Program-made: the position numbers and the translations under genes
Shown here: piece after piece, positions 38,701 to 50,621 of the stretch
Numbering within the stretch: position 1 is the stretch's first letter
Layout: the number at the start of each line of letters is the position of its first letter
Source: Phoronis australis
Lineage: Eukaryota; Animalia; Phoronida
NCBI GenBank assembly: GCA_002633005.1
Contig: NMRA01000477.1
Location: 107,249-171,248 of the forward strand
Direction of reading: 5' to 3'
DNA length: 64,000 nucleotides
Notes under the pieces: generated by a model
What the model saw: only the letters and a program-made list of their open reading frames with translations
What the model was told of the DNA's origin: nothing
Databases searched by the model: none

Positions 38701-39495
38701 TTCATGTTTGAACAAAATGGTTACGTAAGCGAAATTGAACCTCGTTAAGATCACAGTCAATTATGCGATGCATGCACTTCTAATATTTGTTTTAGAAGTT
38801 AATATGAAAACAACGTGCATGAGCACGGTTAGTATCTTTTCGTGTTCGCAGGGAAGTACACTCTCGGTGATAGCGCAATTTTTCGTATTTTTAAGTAAAA
38901 AACAGATAGTTATGCTCGACATATATCTCACAAAAATATGACTGCGTCCAAAGCTCTTTTCCTAGTCAGAGGTTTTTAACGTATTGTCAGCAGGCAATGC
39001 TTCGCGTAGCTTGCATCGGAATTTATTCCATGATCGGAAAATCTAAACATTCAATTGTCAACAATTCTTAAAATAGGCTCACCCAATGGTGGCCTGATAT
39101 ATAATGCTTTGTGTAGTTTTCCAGAAATAAGAGACGATAAGAAACGTAACATTTTGGCTCCATCGATACTCGACTTTTGCGTAGCGTTACTTCAATGTAG
39201 GGTACAATTGCACATCTCTACAACCATTTTTTTCTAGCTCATCACAACCCACACGTCATCATTAGTTTTGCTTTCAAGTTTAGGTTTGCCTCCTCCACAA
39301 ATATTTGTGTGCTGAAATACCATGCAAAAGCAAGCACTTTTGAGCTAGATTTAAAAACGTGATTCAAATATCTCACCGCCTCCGAGATACGAAGAAAATA
39401 TAATTGATATTGAATAGATTTCTCATCATGGTAAAGCAAAAATTTGTTGCTTGAGTTTGAGATCTATATACTAGGTAAATCATGTTCTGTTTTAG

Positions 39496-39553
39496 GCCAA
39501 GTCTCGAAATACTCCGACAATAACAAGCGTCTCACCTCGTAGTCTCGCACCAG
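39496..39553 (+). CDS. PKHD1L1: PKHD1L1-like exon 4
   Basis: AKSRNTPTITSVSPRSLAP; ttttag / CAG|GTAAAT. Confidence 0.9.
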
Positions 39554-39697
39554 GTAAATCGAGTGAGTTAATAAGAAAAAATAAAAATATGTTCACGTAC
39601 ACAAGATCACAATTTCTGCTTGAGAACACATCTTAACTTTTCTAACTTTTTAACCTTTTCCTTGAAAATCGAACCTAATGTTTCTTTATCATTCCAG

Positions 39698-39791
39698 GTG
39701 GCATTGTGACTATAAGAGGACGCATTTTCTCCGACATGTTTGGGAGTAATTTAGTGTCCAGCACAAATGGTAGAAACATTCATATATTGAG
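39698..39791 (+). CDS. PKHD1L1: PKHD1L1-like exon 5
   Basis: GIVTIRGRIFSDMFGSNLVSSTNGRNIHILR; ttccag / AG|GTGAGC. Confidence 0.92.
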
Positions 39792-40110
39792 GTGAGCGAC
39801 GATTTCAGTTTCTCTAGCAGAAACCTGCCCAAGGCACTGCCAAAAACTTAAATGCAGGGAAATTGGTTTGGTTTCGTAATGCAGGCCGTTCAAATGATCA
39901 AATAATGCAAAAACAGATTAGGCCTGCTACGGAAATGGTGCATCAATACAAATTTTTATATTAAAGATTAACGTTATTGAACTTTGTAGTGGTTTGGGCC
40001 ATTTTCATAATCCGGTCACTCATAGTGTTCCAATAAAAATAAATAAAAAACCATCTTGTTAATAGTTACTACTTGTGATGACCTGTTAATTCAACTCTTT
40101 GTATTTACAG

Positions 40111-40164
40111 AGCGTACGTTGGTGGCAACGAATGCCAACTGAAGGATTTCGAAACAGGAGAGTT
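40111..40164 (+). CDS. PKHD1L1: PKHD1L1-like exon 6
   Basis: AYVGGNECQLKDFETGE; tttacag / TT|GTAAGT. Confidence 0.9.
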
Positions 40165-40608
40165 GTAAGTTGAAAAATCGAGAAACAGTAATGTTGAATG
40201 TATTCTGTATTCAGTCTCATCATATGCGAAATGATTATACAGCTTTATGTCACCAGTTATTCCTAAATGGAGGGGTTGGTAAGGATGTACCAAATTAAGT
40301 GGGTGTTTTGCCCTCATGGTTATCATCATGGGCAGGTAATTGGGTTAAGCGTAGCTATTGTATCGGTTGTGTAATTTCTTAATGTGCGGGGAAGGGGTAA
40401 GTGAGCAGTCTTGGTATTGACTCGGGCTTGATTTTTGTTCGCTTGGTAATAAATACACAACAATCGTTAGGTTCTGCACCCATTTTCCCAGGTGTTTGTC
40501 GGAACTCATGTAAATGTAAAATAGTTTTGCATTTCTAACAGCCGATGCCCAGTGAAATCTTTGAAAACCCCGAGAATTGTAAACGTAGTTTTCTTCAAAC
40601 CATTTTAG

Positions 40609-40682
40609 CTATGGACTTGACCTGGATAACGAAAATTCAGATTATGGAACCATGAAGTGTAAACTGCTGGGAACGCAAATAG
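40609..40682 (+). CDS. PKHD1L1: PKHD1L1-like exon 7
   Basis: YGLDLDNENSDYGTMKCKLLGTQIG; ttttag / AG|GTAATG. Confidence 0.9.
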
Positions 40683-41262
40683 GTAATGCTTGTGTATTTC
40701 TGTGACGGGACGCTAGTAACTGTACGCTTATTGCTATTCTCATTAAGTTATAATTGTTCAGTTATTCTTATGCTAATGTCTTTGTTGCGTCTCAGTGCGC
40801 CTTTGTTACGTGGGCATGCGGGCACGACTGTATGTATCAGGCACTTCGTAAGCGAAAGGCTTCGGAGAAGGGTGTTTCCTTCCTTTTCCCGTTGAGCGTT
40901 ATCATGTGTAACTGAACTGAAACGTATACGTGACGAGGTGAAATAAACATTCTTGGTGTTCACTGGAGACTTGCTCTGTTACATTTCTAATATAAACCTC
41001 AATTATAAAAGATTATTTCCTCGCGTACATGTGGCCTCAGCTGTCAATTAACACAGTTTTATAAGCATCTATAGGTCTGTAAAACTATGAAAGGCATCTC
41101 GACATTTTCTCACGGAATCAATTTCCAATCTAGTGAAAATGAGTTATTTTCACGATTTCCGTACATTGTGTGCTTGAATAGTGTTACAGGATTTGCCGGG
41201 GCCTGTCATTTTCCCTACTTCATGATATTCAGGTTGAAAAGGTTGATTTTTCGTCTGTACAG

Positions 41263-41376
41263 GTGGGATGAATGCCACTTTCCTACTGGATGGTTACCTT
41301 GGACGATCACAAGCTGGACTGAATGTAAAACACGTCAACTGGGCAGGCGACATAGAAATGACTCAAACTTACGCTG
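41263..41376 (+). CDS. PKHD1L1: PKHD1L1-like exon 8
   Basis: GMNATFLLDGYLGRS...MTQTYA; gtacag / G|GTAAGT. Confidence 0.9.
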
Positions 41377-41747
41377 GTAAGTTAAATTTTTCGTTCTGTT
41401 TAATTGCCGTCTTCCCGCGCAATGGGCTTCGGTGAGTACTTATTGATTCGCGGTACCGGGAACTGGTCAGACGAGAGGTTAATAAACAGATAACGAATAG
41501 CCAATTGAATAAAACAATCAGATAAGTGACAACAGGTTTAAGTAAACTGCAATCATGATGTTCAAGATGTTTCAATGCACTGAATTGTTCTTTAGTTTTC
41601 CAAGTATCAACTGAGTTTACATAAAGCGCATCGCCGGCTTCATGACGGTGTCCACATATAACAAGCAGTTGGTTATTTAGGCGGCTCGTCAATTCAAAAC
41701 TTGTCAGTTTTGTCACCAACAATAACCTTTGAGTTCGATCTTTTTAG

Positions 41748-41858
41748 AAATTCAATCTGTCGACCCTGCAACCGGAAGTGTTGAAGGAGGAACTCTGCTG
41801 ACCATCAGCGGAAAAAACTTCGACAATTCACTAGCGGCACCTGTTGTGGAAGTTGGAG
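41748..41858 (+). CDS. PKHD1L1: PKHD1L1-like exon 9 (IPT)
   Basis: EIQSVDPATGSVEGGTLLTISGKNFD...VEVGG; tttttag / AG|GTAGGC. Confidence 0.92.
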
Positions 41859-42217
41859 GTAGGCGAGTTGGCCGCTAAAGGCGCTAAAGCCAGTTGGCCT
41901 ATTTGTGGGAATTTTGACTAATTTGTTCGCCACGCGTGCTTCGACTTTCACAGTGTAATTGAGTGATATGCCTGCGGTTTTCTAGCAGGATAAACTATGA
42001 AATTGTGCCTGAAATTCTTTAAATGTCTTTTCCAACGGACCCGACCGATGATCCTTACCGGGCCTGGGCACGCATGCCCCAGTCACTGAGGAAGAGAGAG
42101 GTATAAAGTATGCTCGATAAATAGTCTATGGTTCCACTGTGTTCTCTCACTACGTTTGCCTATGCCGTAGATCGTGCTAGAAACTGGTTCACTTCGTATC
42201 AGCAGAGATCGAAGACA

Positions 42218-42636
42218 CCAGGGCCCGGCCGGGTCTCTAATCTTTACTCGAAACGAACTCGAAACTATTTTTGGCAATTTCTCTGCTCCTTTTGTGCGAA
42301 CTTAAGATAATTGGTTATCAGACTGTGCTCGAATACATCATAGTTTATGCATAGGAGTTTCTAGTTCAAGTTTCCCCTTAAAGACCCTTATATTCGTGCT
42401 ACAAACTCAAGTAAAAACTCAAAATTTCGAGTTCAAACTCGAACTTATTGCTTTAATATTGGGTTTACAAAATGTGAACTAAGGGCAATAAGTTATCTAC
42501 GTAAGTTATTGTGTACTTGAGCATAGAATAATAGACACTTATCTTGAGTTCGCCCAAAAGTAGAGTAGAAAATGCCAAACCTAATTTCGAGTTCCATTCA
42601 TTCGACTCAGTAAGAAGATTGGAGACCGGGCCCTGG
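42218..42636. mobile_element. MITE with CCAGGGCCCGG TIRs (intron 9); related left end at ~29645
   Basis: CCAGGGCCCGG..GTCTCTAATCTT at the left end versus AAGATTGGAGACCGGGCCCTGG at the right; flanks CA/TA. Confidence 0.75.
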
Positions 42637-42653
42637 TATTCCCTTACTTTCAG

Positions 42654-42740
42654 GTACAAGATGCAAAGTTTTGTCTTTGACGATCGATAAGATTACGTGT
42701 GAAGTCCAACCAAAAGGCCTGACTTTAAGCAAGTACCCAG
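42654..42740 (+). CDS. PKHD1L1: PKHD1L1-like exon 10
   Basis: TRCKVLSLTIDKITCEVQPKGLTLSKYP; tttcag / CAG|GTATGT. Confidence 0.9.
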
Positions 42741-43305
42741 GTATGTAGCCGTATGTGTAGCTAGTTGAGTGCTAACAACAGTAAATTTTTAAGTAAGTGC
42801 GATATGATATGTATCGCGCTTTTCAAGTAGAATTTTGAATAGAAACCATAACAAATGGTAGTCCACCAAACGATGACCTTTTGAATAGAACGAAGTAATG
42901 CCATTCTAAGTTGGTTAAAACTCTTTCAATGGCACATTTCTTGCACGTGCCAATTAAATTTTGATAAAATTGGGCTCAGGAGCAATTTAAAGAAAAGGAA
43001 ACAACTTGAAGTCGAGTTTTTCACTTCCCAACAATCAAAGTTTAGCCAGTTCATTCCATTATCATGTATGTGTAATTAATTAGGAATGATAATAAAATAA
43101 TTGCAGTTGGTCTGGTACACGTTGTACCCCACGGGCACAGGTGGCTCATGTTACCCTCGGCATTGCACAGGGTGTTTGCTATTGGTATCAAAAATTCAAA
43201 ACAGGTGTTCCGTCTGAACATTTAAAAATAATGGTTTTCAAAGACACCACTGCATGTGACTTTAAGAATTTGTAATGCCCTGATGAGGCTGACTATGTTT
43301 TGCAG

Positions 43306-43598
43306 GAAACCGCGGAGTCGTACGAGAGACCAAGAACAGTACGTTACTGAGTTTCAACGACTTGGAAAAATTTGGAAATGAAACTGAATATCCAGCTGAA
43401 AGCATTTCCAGCCGTGAATGGCATGGTGCCCTATTTAGTTGTGAGGGAGGTTCTTGCAGTGGATCTGATCACAATAACTTTGTGTCAAGATTCAAGACAT
43501 TTTTTGTACCTTCTTGGAGTGGAGAGTATCAGTTCTATATTCTCGCTGATGATGAAGCAAAACTCTATGTTACCACGGTTGGCACGCCAGACAACAAG
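43306..43598 (+). CDS. PKHD1L1: PKHD1L1-like exon 11 (PA14 domain)
   Basis: NRGVVRE...FVSRFKTFFVPSWSGEYQFYILADDEAKLYV; ttgcag / AAG|GTTTGT. Confidence 0.92.
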
Positions 43599-43795
43599 GT
43601 TTGTATACATTTTGAGAGTAGGATGGTATACTGTTGAATCTGTTATAAAAATCTGTCAGAAAATAACTTTAGATTAAGAACACTCTGTGCTTGGGGAGAA
43701 GTGAGATGTTATGCTCAGCAAGTTGACTAGACACAGTGAGTCATTTTATGCACCAATCATGATCTCAAACAATAATGAAATCACAGTTCCAGAAA

Positions 43796-43848
43796 ACTAA
43801 TACCTGAAGATGGCCAGAGAAATGGTGGATCGAAACGTCATGCCAATG
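43796..43848 (+). ncRNA. Second copy of the minimal hammerhead motif, intron 11 (stem I weakened)
   Basis: tac-CTGAAGA-tggccagagaaatggtggatc-GAAAC-GTC-atgccaatg; shares flanks (aaatcac upstream, tgccaatg downstream) with the 59775 copy. Confidence 0.55.
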
Positions 43849-44604
43849 GAAAAAGTAGGACAAGTGCAAATTAATAGATTTTAGAAATGATGGTTACCAT
43901 ATATTTGAGTATGTCCCTAAGTGATGGTTGCACTTTTAAATTTCCCCTGAAATTACTGTCACTTTCAACTTGACAATGTGTCCTCCAAGTTTTATTTTAT
44001 TTAATTATTTTGACTTAAGCTTTGACAAATATTTTATGAACTTTGATAGTACTGTGGATGTAACACCATACTTGCCAATTGTCCCATTTTTGGCACAACT
44101 CATCCTTCTGTTTGAAGTTTTGGTCTGTGTCTGGTCACAGCTTCATAATATCCCACTTTTTGACACACATTTACGAAATTACATATTATCGTACATATGT
44201 GTGCTTTTCCATATGATTTTAACCTTATTTTCCTGTTCAATTTCACACCTGTGACTAAAAAATTGCCATCAGGATGTTTCTGACTGTTGCATCGGACACT
44301 TGCCCCTTGCAGAGGATGGCCTTGATCCAGATGTCTCACGTTTTTATTTTAGAATATTGGCAACTATGTAACTGACTGATGGAAAACAGAAGAACGATGA
44401 TAACGAACAACCTGAGGGGATGTCCGTATATTCAAATATAAGCCCGTGTCCTTAGATTTGGGAGTACTTCATTTTGAAATTTTCCCATGAAACGTAGTTT
44501 TTCGTCTATGAGCCCATGGGTATGTGTGTTGGAATTCGCATTAAATTCCAAAGTTGAGTTCCTTTTGTGTACACTACACTAAGTTGCACGTTGTTGCTTT
44601 GTAG

Positions 44605-44693
44605 ACACTTGTTGCCCAGTGCAACAGCTGGAGAAATGACTACAATTCAGCTGAGCAGAAGTCAGCAAGGTTAAACCTGGAAAGAGGTGAAAG
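44605..44693 (+). CDS. PKHD1L1: PKHD1L1-like exon 12 (PA14)
   Basis: TLVAQCNSWRNDYNSAEQKSARLNLERGER; ttgtag / AG|GTATAG. Confidence 0.87.
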
Positions 44694-44849
44694 GTATAGT
44701 TTTTGTGAAATGGAAATTCTGCATAGCTTTCACGAACAAAATTGAAACGAATGGCTGCGTGTGTTTTTAAAGTGATTAATAGTCACCTCCCAAAATACTG
44801 TAATACCTTTACAATTTTGTGGTATTTACCCACAGTTCATAGTGTCAGT

Positions 44850-45344
44850 CAGGCCTTGGAATTTTCCGCGGAAACGCGGATTTCCGCTTTTTTCAAATGT
44901 GCTTTCCGCTTTTTTTATAATATTTCCGCGTAAAAAATCGGATTTGATATAAAATTTCCGCGGCAAATTCCTTTCTTACCGCGGCGTTGCAGACAACGTT
45001 CACCTCGAAAAGCGGAAGTTGCTCTTTATGTTTTGGAGGAACGTAAATTGTCAACATTGCCGGGGCATCTGGGACAGCGTGGTGGGATGTTCAATGGTGT
45101 CTCTTGTTATTGTTAAGCGCGGCGACAAATACTACCGCTCTGCAGCCAAAAAAATGTGTGGGTTGGGAGTGGACGGGCGAGCTAAAAGGACGCAGACGCA
45201 TGCTACTGATGGTGGTAACGTTTTTTTTTTTTTTTTTTTAGTTAGGTTCACATTGATCATTTCAGGGCTGGTTATCGGGCATGATTTGGGCCGTAAAAGT
45301 TTCAAAGTTTCCGCGTTTTTTGTCATTGGTCATTCCAAGCCCTG
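44850..45344. mobile_element. Non-autonomous DNA transposon with 13-bp TIR and 6-bp TSD (intron 12)
   Basis: CAGGCCTTGGAAT...ATTCCAAGCCCTG; GTCAGT at 44844-44849 and 45345-45350; subterminal TTCCGC/GCGGAA repeats. Confidence 0.85.
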
Positions 45345-45644
45345 GTCAGTAGAGCACTTCCCTACAGTTTTATACAGCTGCGTTGCTGTTTGTTATTTGA
45401 CATCAAAATTGGTTCTGTACCATTGTTGTATACTGAGTTGCAATGTTATCATAACAAGTTTAAAAAGCTGATTTGGGCACTGTACATCATTCTTCGCTTG
45501 TTCCATTAAGGTCAGAAGTGTGTCAGCACTCCAACCATTCGAAAACCAGGTCAGTCATGCAATGTTTTTTTCTAACTCTGCGAAAGAGGAGAGTTGAATC
45601 CGGGATGTGTTGATTTAGTATGATTTAGTGACTTCTTACTTTAG

Positions 45645-45804
45645 GTATTACCTTGAAGTGGTGCATCAGGAGAAAACGAATGTGGCCAAGGTTAAAGTGG
45701 CTGTCAAGTTCTTTGATACAGATTTCCTCCCATCGCAGACAGCTGAGGCTCATGTTGAGATGCAAAAGTTGGTCTTAACATCCACAGTCACACCAGAGAT
45801 ACAG
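45645..45804 (+). CDS. PKHD1L1: PKHD1L1-like exon 13
   Basis: YYLEVVHQE...EMQKLVLTSTVTPEIQ; ctttag / CAG|GTGAAA. Confidence 0.9.
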
Positions 45805-46368
45805 GTGAAAACTCTCGACCATGTCACAATTGAGCAATGAATGCAATTTAAAGCTGTTATAAACCCAGTTTCTTCAAAGGAAAAGACTGGCACGTTGCAG
45901 CTTTAATTAAGTCAACCAAATGAAGTGTGCGGTTACAAGAACTTATCAGTTCTTCTGGGTGGAACTGGTTCTATGAAATCAGCAACTATTAATTTTAATA
46001 AGTTTTGTGAAGACAACAAACCTTATAGCAGATAGTATCTTGGACAGGAATTTGCTCCTCTTCCAAAAGTTCTATAAATTCTATTATATAAAACCAGCAA
46101 GGCAAGATTTTTAAAGAATCTGTGGGAACTCCTCAACTTACACTCAAAGGTGAAATTTACATGCTCCTAACTATGCTAAGGTGTAGCAGAACTGTTGTCC
46201 TACGCTAAACCAAGCTGTAAATGTGTTCATATGTTATTTGTAAACATGGAAACAAAAAGCATGTAAATGGATGACCTTTGCTGTAGTGATGCCGTGTTTC
46301 AGATTATTTTGTTTTTTTATAAGTGAAAATTAATTTTAAAAGATCAAATTCCAGTTGTTGTCTTTCAG

Positions 46369-46489
46369 ACCATCAAACTTGTCAACCTGACCTCTCAGGC
46401 TGCTGTTGACGAGGTCCAAGTGGTCAATGTGGTCACTACAGACCCAGCCTCATCTACGTTCAGACTGGGGCTGGGTGGGGTCTACACAG
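46369..46489 (+). CDS. PKHD1L1: PKHD1L1-like exon 14
   Basis: TIKLVNLTSQAAVDEVQVV...FRLGLGGVYT; tttcag / CAG|GTACGT. Confidence 0.9.
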
Positions 46490-46877
46490 GTACGTATGGT
46501 CCATTTAGTGGTAAGTCTAAGGGGTTTTTTCTGTCCATCATTTTATGTTGTGGCTTCTGTAGTTGAGTCTTTCATATGAAAAGTCTTTTCTTCTTTCATA
46601 TCCTATCTTTGATTTAGGTGTAAACACTGGACTTCAAGCCATTTTTTAATGATTGTTTGGTAAAATGACCAGTATAAAACATGAAAGCATCTTATTAAAC
46701 AAACTGAAGTTAGCTCAATTTTTGTTTGATCTTCTGCTTTTGTTTTGAGTTTCGTTTCATATTATGTCTGAACTTGAATTACGCTGCAAGTTATTGACAT
46801 TTTTGTTATCCATTGCTATATTAAGTATACCAATAAGCTACAAAATAACCTATTAAACTTAATGTTATGTTTTCCAG

Positions 46878-47021
46878 AACCACTCACTGTTGATGCTTCC
46901 GCTGCTGACCTTCAGGGGGCGCTGAACAATTTGGCTGGTTTTCCTGACAGCTCTTTTGTTGTCACGTCTGCATCATCGCTTAGTGGTGGCAAGTCATACA
47001 CCGTAAAAGTGGTGAATCTAG
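46878..47021 (+). CDS. PKHD1L1: PKHD1L1-like exon 15
   Basis: EPLTVDASAADLQGALNNL...YTVKVVNL; ttccag / AG|GTGAGC. Confidence 0.9.
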
Positions 47022-47424
47022 GTGAGCGGCAGAAGGTTCAAAGCTTCTTACAATAGCAATGAAGTCAGTGTGAGGCATTTGTTATTATTGATGGTGCCAT
47101 CTTTATTTATCTTCACTTACATTGTTTAACAAAATTGTGGAGGGGAACTGAGTTGAATGATTTCGTTGCTACTTTTTAAGGCAGCACTATCATCTTTATC
47201 TGGAAACATGATTTTTCTTATGAAATTATTAAAGACATTATAAACTTTGTCCTTTTTGCATGCTGTAAGCTCATTTTATTGCTTTTAGCTGTTTTGATAA
47301 ATATCGCCTTTTAGTAATACTGAGCCTACTGCATATTTAGCACTCAAATGTGAGTTTGGTGTTGAGTCCATCTTATTGAATAATATCACGTGTCATGTTC
47401 ATACTCATTTACATTGTATGTCAG

Positions 47425-47576
47425 GTGACGTGCCAGAACTGTCCTCATTGATTGTTGGCAACATTACCGTGACGGTCACTTCCCAGACTCATGGTAAATC
47501 ATCACTCGACACAGTAACGTTAACTCTTGCTGGAAAATCATCGATTCCCATTGATGTCAACGCTGATCAAAGCAAG
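47425..47576 (+). CDS. PKHD1L1: PKHD1L1-like exon 16
   Basis: GDVPELSSLIVGNITV...THGKSSLDTVTLTL...QSK; gtcag / AAG|GTATGA. Confidence 0.88.
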
Positions 47577-48134
47577 GTATGAAATGCCTACGGAAAGGCA
47601 CAAACCCTTGTATGAGTATTTGACATTGTTGGGAATAGTTTACTTACAGTGTCAACTAGTTGGAAAGTTGAGTTGCAACATATTCAGAAAAAATTCGTTT
47701 TGGTTGTAAACCTGTAAGAACTGTTCACATTAACATGGAAAGTTATGAAATGTGTGTTTACACAAAGTTTTTGTAAAATATTTAAATGACTTGAAGGTTA
47801 CCCAACTATTATATGTATATCTACTCCAAGGGTAAAAATATTGTGAAGTTGGATATTTCATGAAATTATAGGGACATTGTCCGAATGTTGGCATTCTTGT
47901 TTGAAAGTTTAGTAATCAAAAGGCTTATTTAAGTTCAGAGTGGCTCAAAATATGTTCAACATTAGAAAGTGTCACATGTTGGACCAGTTGAGACTTTTGT
48001 CACCATCCTATCAGCATACTTCAGAACAAGAATTTTATGCTACTGTTGAACCTACCTACTAACATCGTAGACCATATTTATCATTATTTAAAAGGTGTCT
48101 ATTTAAAAAATAAACTTTTCCTCATTCTATTTAG

Positions 48135-48371
48135 ATGGAGGCAGGTGTAAAGAGCATATTTCAGCCGCGATGCCCAAAGTTCATCACAAAGCCCAAATCA
48201 TCGGTTACTTCATTCTACGAGGATTTTGAACCAACGGGTGGCACTCATTACATTTACGGCTCGCACACACTGCACAAGGATTCTTTCTGTGGTGTTGGAG
48301 CTGTCTCAAACCCGCAGTACATCTTCAAGTCCAAGCCATATGCCATGAATTTGAACTTTGACGGAAAACAG
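48135..48371 (+). CDS. PKHD1L1: PKHD1L1-like exon 17
   Basis: MEAGVKSIFQPRCP...FYEDFE...SFCGVGAVSNPQYIF...GKQ; atttag / CAG|GTAGGG. Confidence 0.9.
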
Positions 48372-49118
48372 GTAGGGAATATTGAGTCATGGTAAATTTT
48401 ATGGAATTGAACAAATTATGTGGAACACTGGTGGCAAGTAGAAAAAAAATCTTAACTGGAAACTATGTTTAAGTTTCAAAACGTTAAAGCCGCAATGTTC
48501 CTGACTTTTTGATAGAACTTTATTTATTTGGAAACACCTGTATTTATTTAATATATTTTTGATTGTATTATATTGTGCATCCCGAAGAAAACATACCGCT
48601 TTTAAAATCTTTTCAGCTCTGGTTTCTCCCCTATTCTCTGATACATTTTTCCTTCAATGACTCACAAACAGCACAAGCAAAATCTTCAATTCGGCTGAGC
48701 AAAAAATCAAATTCTTTTTCTGATTATTGTTATTATGAAACTCGATTCTTATTGGAAACATAGATTCTTTCGAATTTAAAATTTCACGCATATTGTTTTT
48801 GTTGTGACCCTGGAGAACAGCTAAACTGAATCAAAACATATCTACAATGACACATTGAAACATGCCTCCAATACCTGGAGCTCCATCTGGTACAGCAGTT
48901 TGTATTGGCTAATTTGAAATTGGCACTCTTTGCGTAATATTATATCAATCGTAATTATGTTATTTTGCATTTTACCTGGAGGGAAAGAAAGTGCAGCCAT
49001 TCTTTTCCAAATGTCATGAATATTTGGCAATTAATTGGAGAGATATTGCAAGTCAGAAAGTGAGTTGTTTAAGGACACCCAATACGTTATATAATGTGTT
49101 GTTAATGTTCTTTTTCAG

Positions 49119-49225
49119 ATTTGTTTTGCCTACTTGAGTGATAAACCTGTCAACTTGAAACTGGTGATGAAAAAAGACAAAAAGAATCATGACATACGTA
49201 TTCCTCTAGCTTTCAATGCCAACCA
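49119..49225 (+). CDS. PKHD1L1: PKHD1L1-like exon 18
   Basis: ICFAYLSDKPVNLKL...AFNAN; tttcag / CA|GTTAGT. Confidence 0.87.
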
Positions 49226-49609
49226 GTTAGTATCCCTTCTTCCTTAAATTGTAGTAAAACCTTTTTCAGAAAGTGTAACGTGTTGCGGAGGCTGATTTGA
49301 ATTGACAAAACTATTGTTGTATACCATATTTTGTCTGTTTAAATGGTTTTATCTTCTTGTAGTCAACTAAACTTTTAAGTGCCAAATGTCAACCTTGTGA
49401 TTATTACTGTACCTTCTCACAAAACTACTATATGGTAAAATTTTACCAACCTAGGACACAGTAAGACTCACTATTGTATTTCTGATTTTTCATAAATGAT
49501 ATGTAGCACCAAAGTAACACTTACCACAGGTACCATCAAGCAATGTTTTTTTTTTAAATGTTCATATTGATAAGACCTTTCGTCTATTCATTAGACATTG
49601 TCTGATTGT

Positions 49610-49655
49610 GTGTATCCTGATGATGTATTATAAATAGACAAAACGTCGAATTAAT
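49610..49655 (+). ncRNA. Decayed hammerhead motif, intron 18
   Basis: atc-CTGATGA-tgtattataaatagac-aAAAC-GTC-gaa; G12 replaced by A, consistent with CpG decay. Confidence 0.4.
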
Positions 49656-49919
49656 ATTAACTTTTTCATTTGTGCGGCGATTGTTCTTTTTTGATTCTAT
49701 TATTGCCAAAAACTGTTGTAATTAGTAATTGAATGTTGGTCATTGATAAGAATGTCAAGAGATCTTGAAATATGAAAAGGAGGGATTTTGTGGCTATTTT
49801 TTTTGTCGAGAGTTTGTGAGATTTTCTCCATACTGTAGTATGATTTTCGAGCTCTATTAAAGTTCAAAACTGAGTAATGAATTAGGGTGTGATAATGATT
49901 ATTGTTCTCTTACTTTAAG

Positions 49920-50077
49920 GTGGACCTATGTCTGCAAGGATATGTTAAGTGAAGCTCAGAAGAAGATTTCTGAAACAACAACCAATTATGTGCTGGTCAA
50001 CGCTGGAGTTCACGGGGCTAATGTTCTGGTTGACGAGGTGTTTATTGGGAAAGCCGTCACCACGCAGGATTCACAAG
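49920..50077 (+). CDS. PKHD1L1: PKHD1L1-like exon 19
   Basis: WTYVCKDML...VLVDEVFIG...DSQ; tttaag / AAG|GTGACA. Confidence 0.88.
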
Positions 50078-50400
50078 GTGACATTTGTTTTCACACGTTA
50101 GTTACTCTGGCTTTTCTTTAACTGAGGTTGGTTAGCAATCGATTTTTTATTGCTTTGCCAGATTTATATCATCAGCCATTTGTGATAACAGGTTAAGCTA
50201 TTTGTGTTGCACGAAGTGTAGCTGGTGCTTTATTATGTGTGTTAGTGATATACAGAGACGTCTTAAATGTGTTTTAGAAGTGGATACTCAAGATTGAATA
50301 TTCAAAAGTTAGTAAAATTTTTATGAGGCCCAAGACTGCGAGGTTTTATGGGTGGGATGCCCACTGCTAAGTCTGTTTGGATTTCTGGGTTTAACTGGTG

Positions 50401-50476
50401 GTCCCGGTTGCTCAGTGGCTATAGAGTGTCTGCATGGTTAGCAGAAGGTCCTGGGTTCAAGTCCCAGTCTGGGGAA
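50401..50476 (+). mobile_element. tRNA-derived SINE head or tRNA pseudogene (intron 19)
   Basis: A-box-like TTGCTCAGTGG and B box GGTTCAAGTCC in a CTGGG/CCCAG T-arm; acceptor stem poor. Confidence 0.6.
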
Positions 50477-50621
50477 GAAATCTTTTCGGACTTATGTTCA
50501 TTAGGTTACATGATGTGGTCAATATGTGACGTGCAGACCAGACTCAAAAATGTTTGTGATCTATATTTTCATGCCGATTTAAGATTTACATATTTTGATC
50601 ATTACATTTCTCATCTTACAG

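Noticed and set aside
43278-43322. CTGATGA...GAAAC...GTC hammerhead-like string across the exon 11 acceptor
   Set aside because: No stem II closing pair and no stem I; the GAAAC..GTC part is explained by coding sequence (GNRGV)
45019-45471. 150-aa ORF in intron 12
   Set aside because: Lies mostly within the non-autonomous transposon, includes a poly-T run, no transposase motif
50401-50476. Functional tRNA gene
   Set aside because: Acceptor and anticodon stems do not pair fully and there is no clean terminator; better explained as a SINE head
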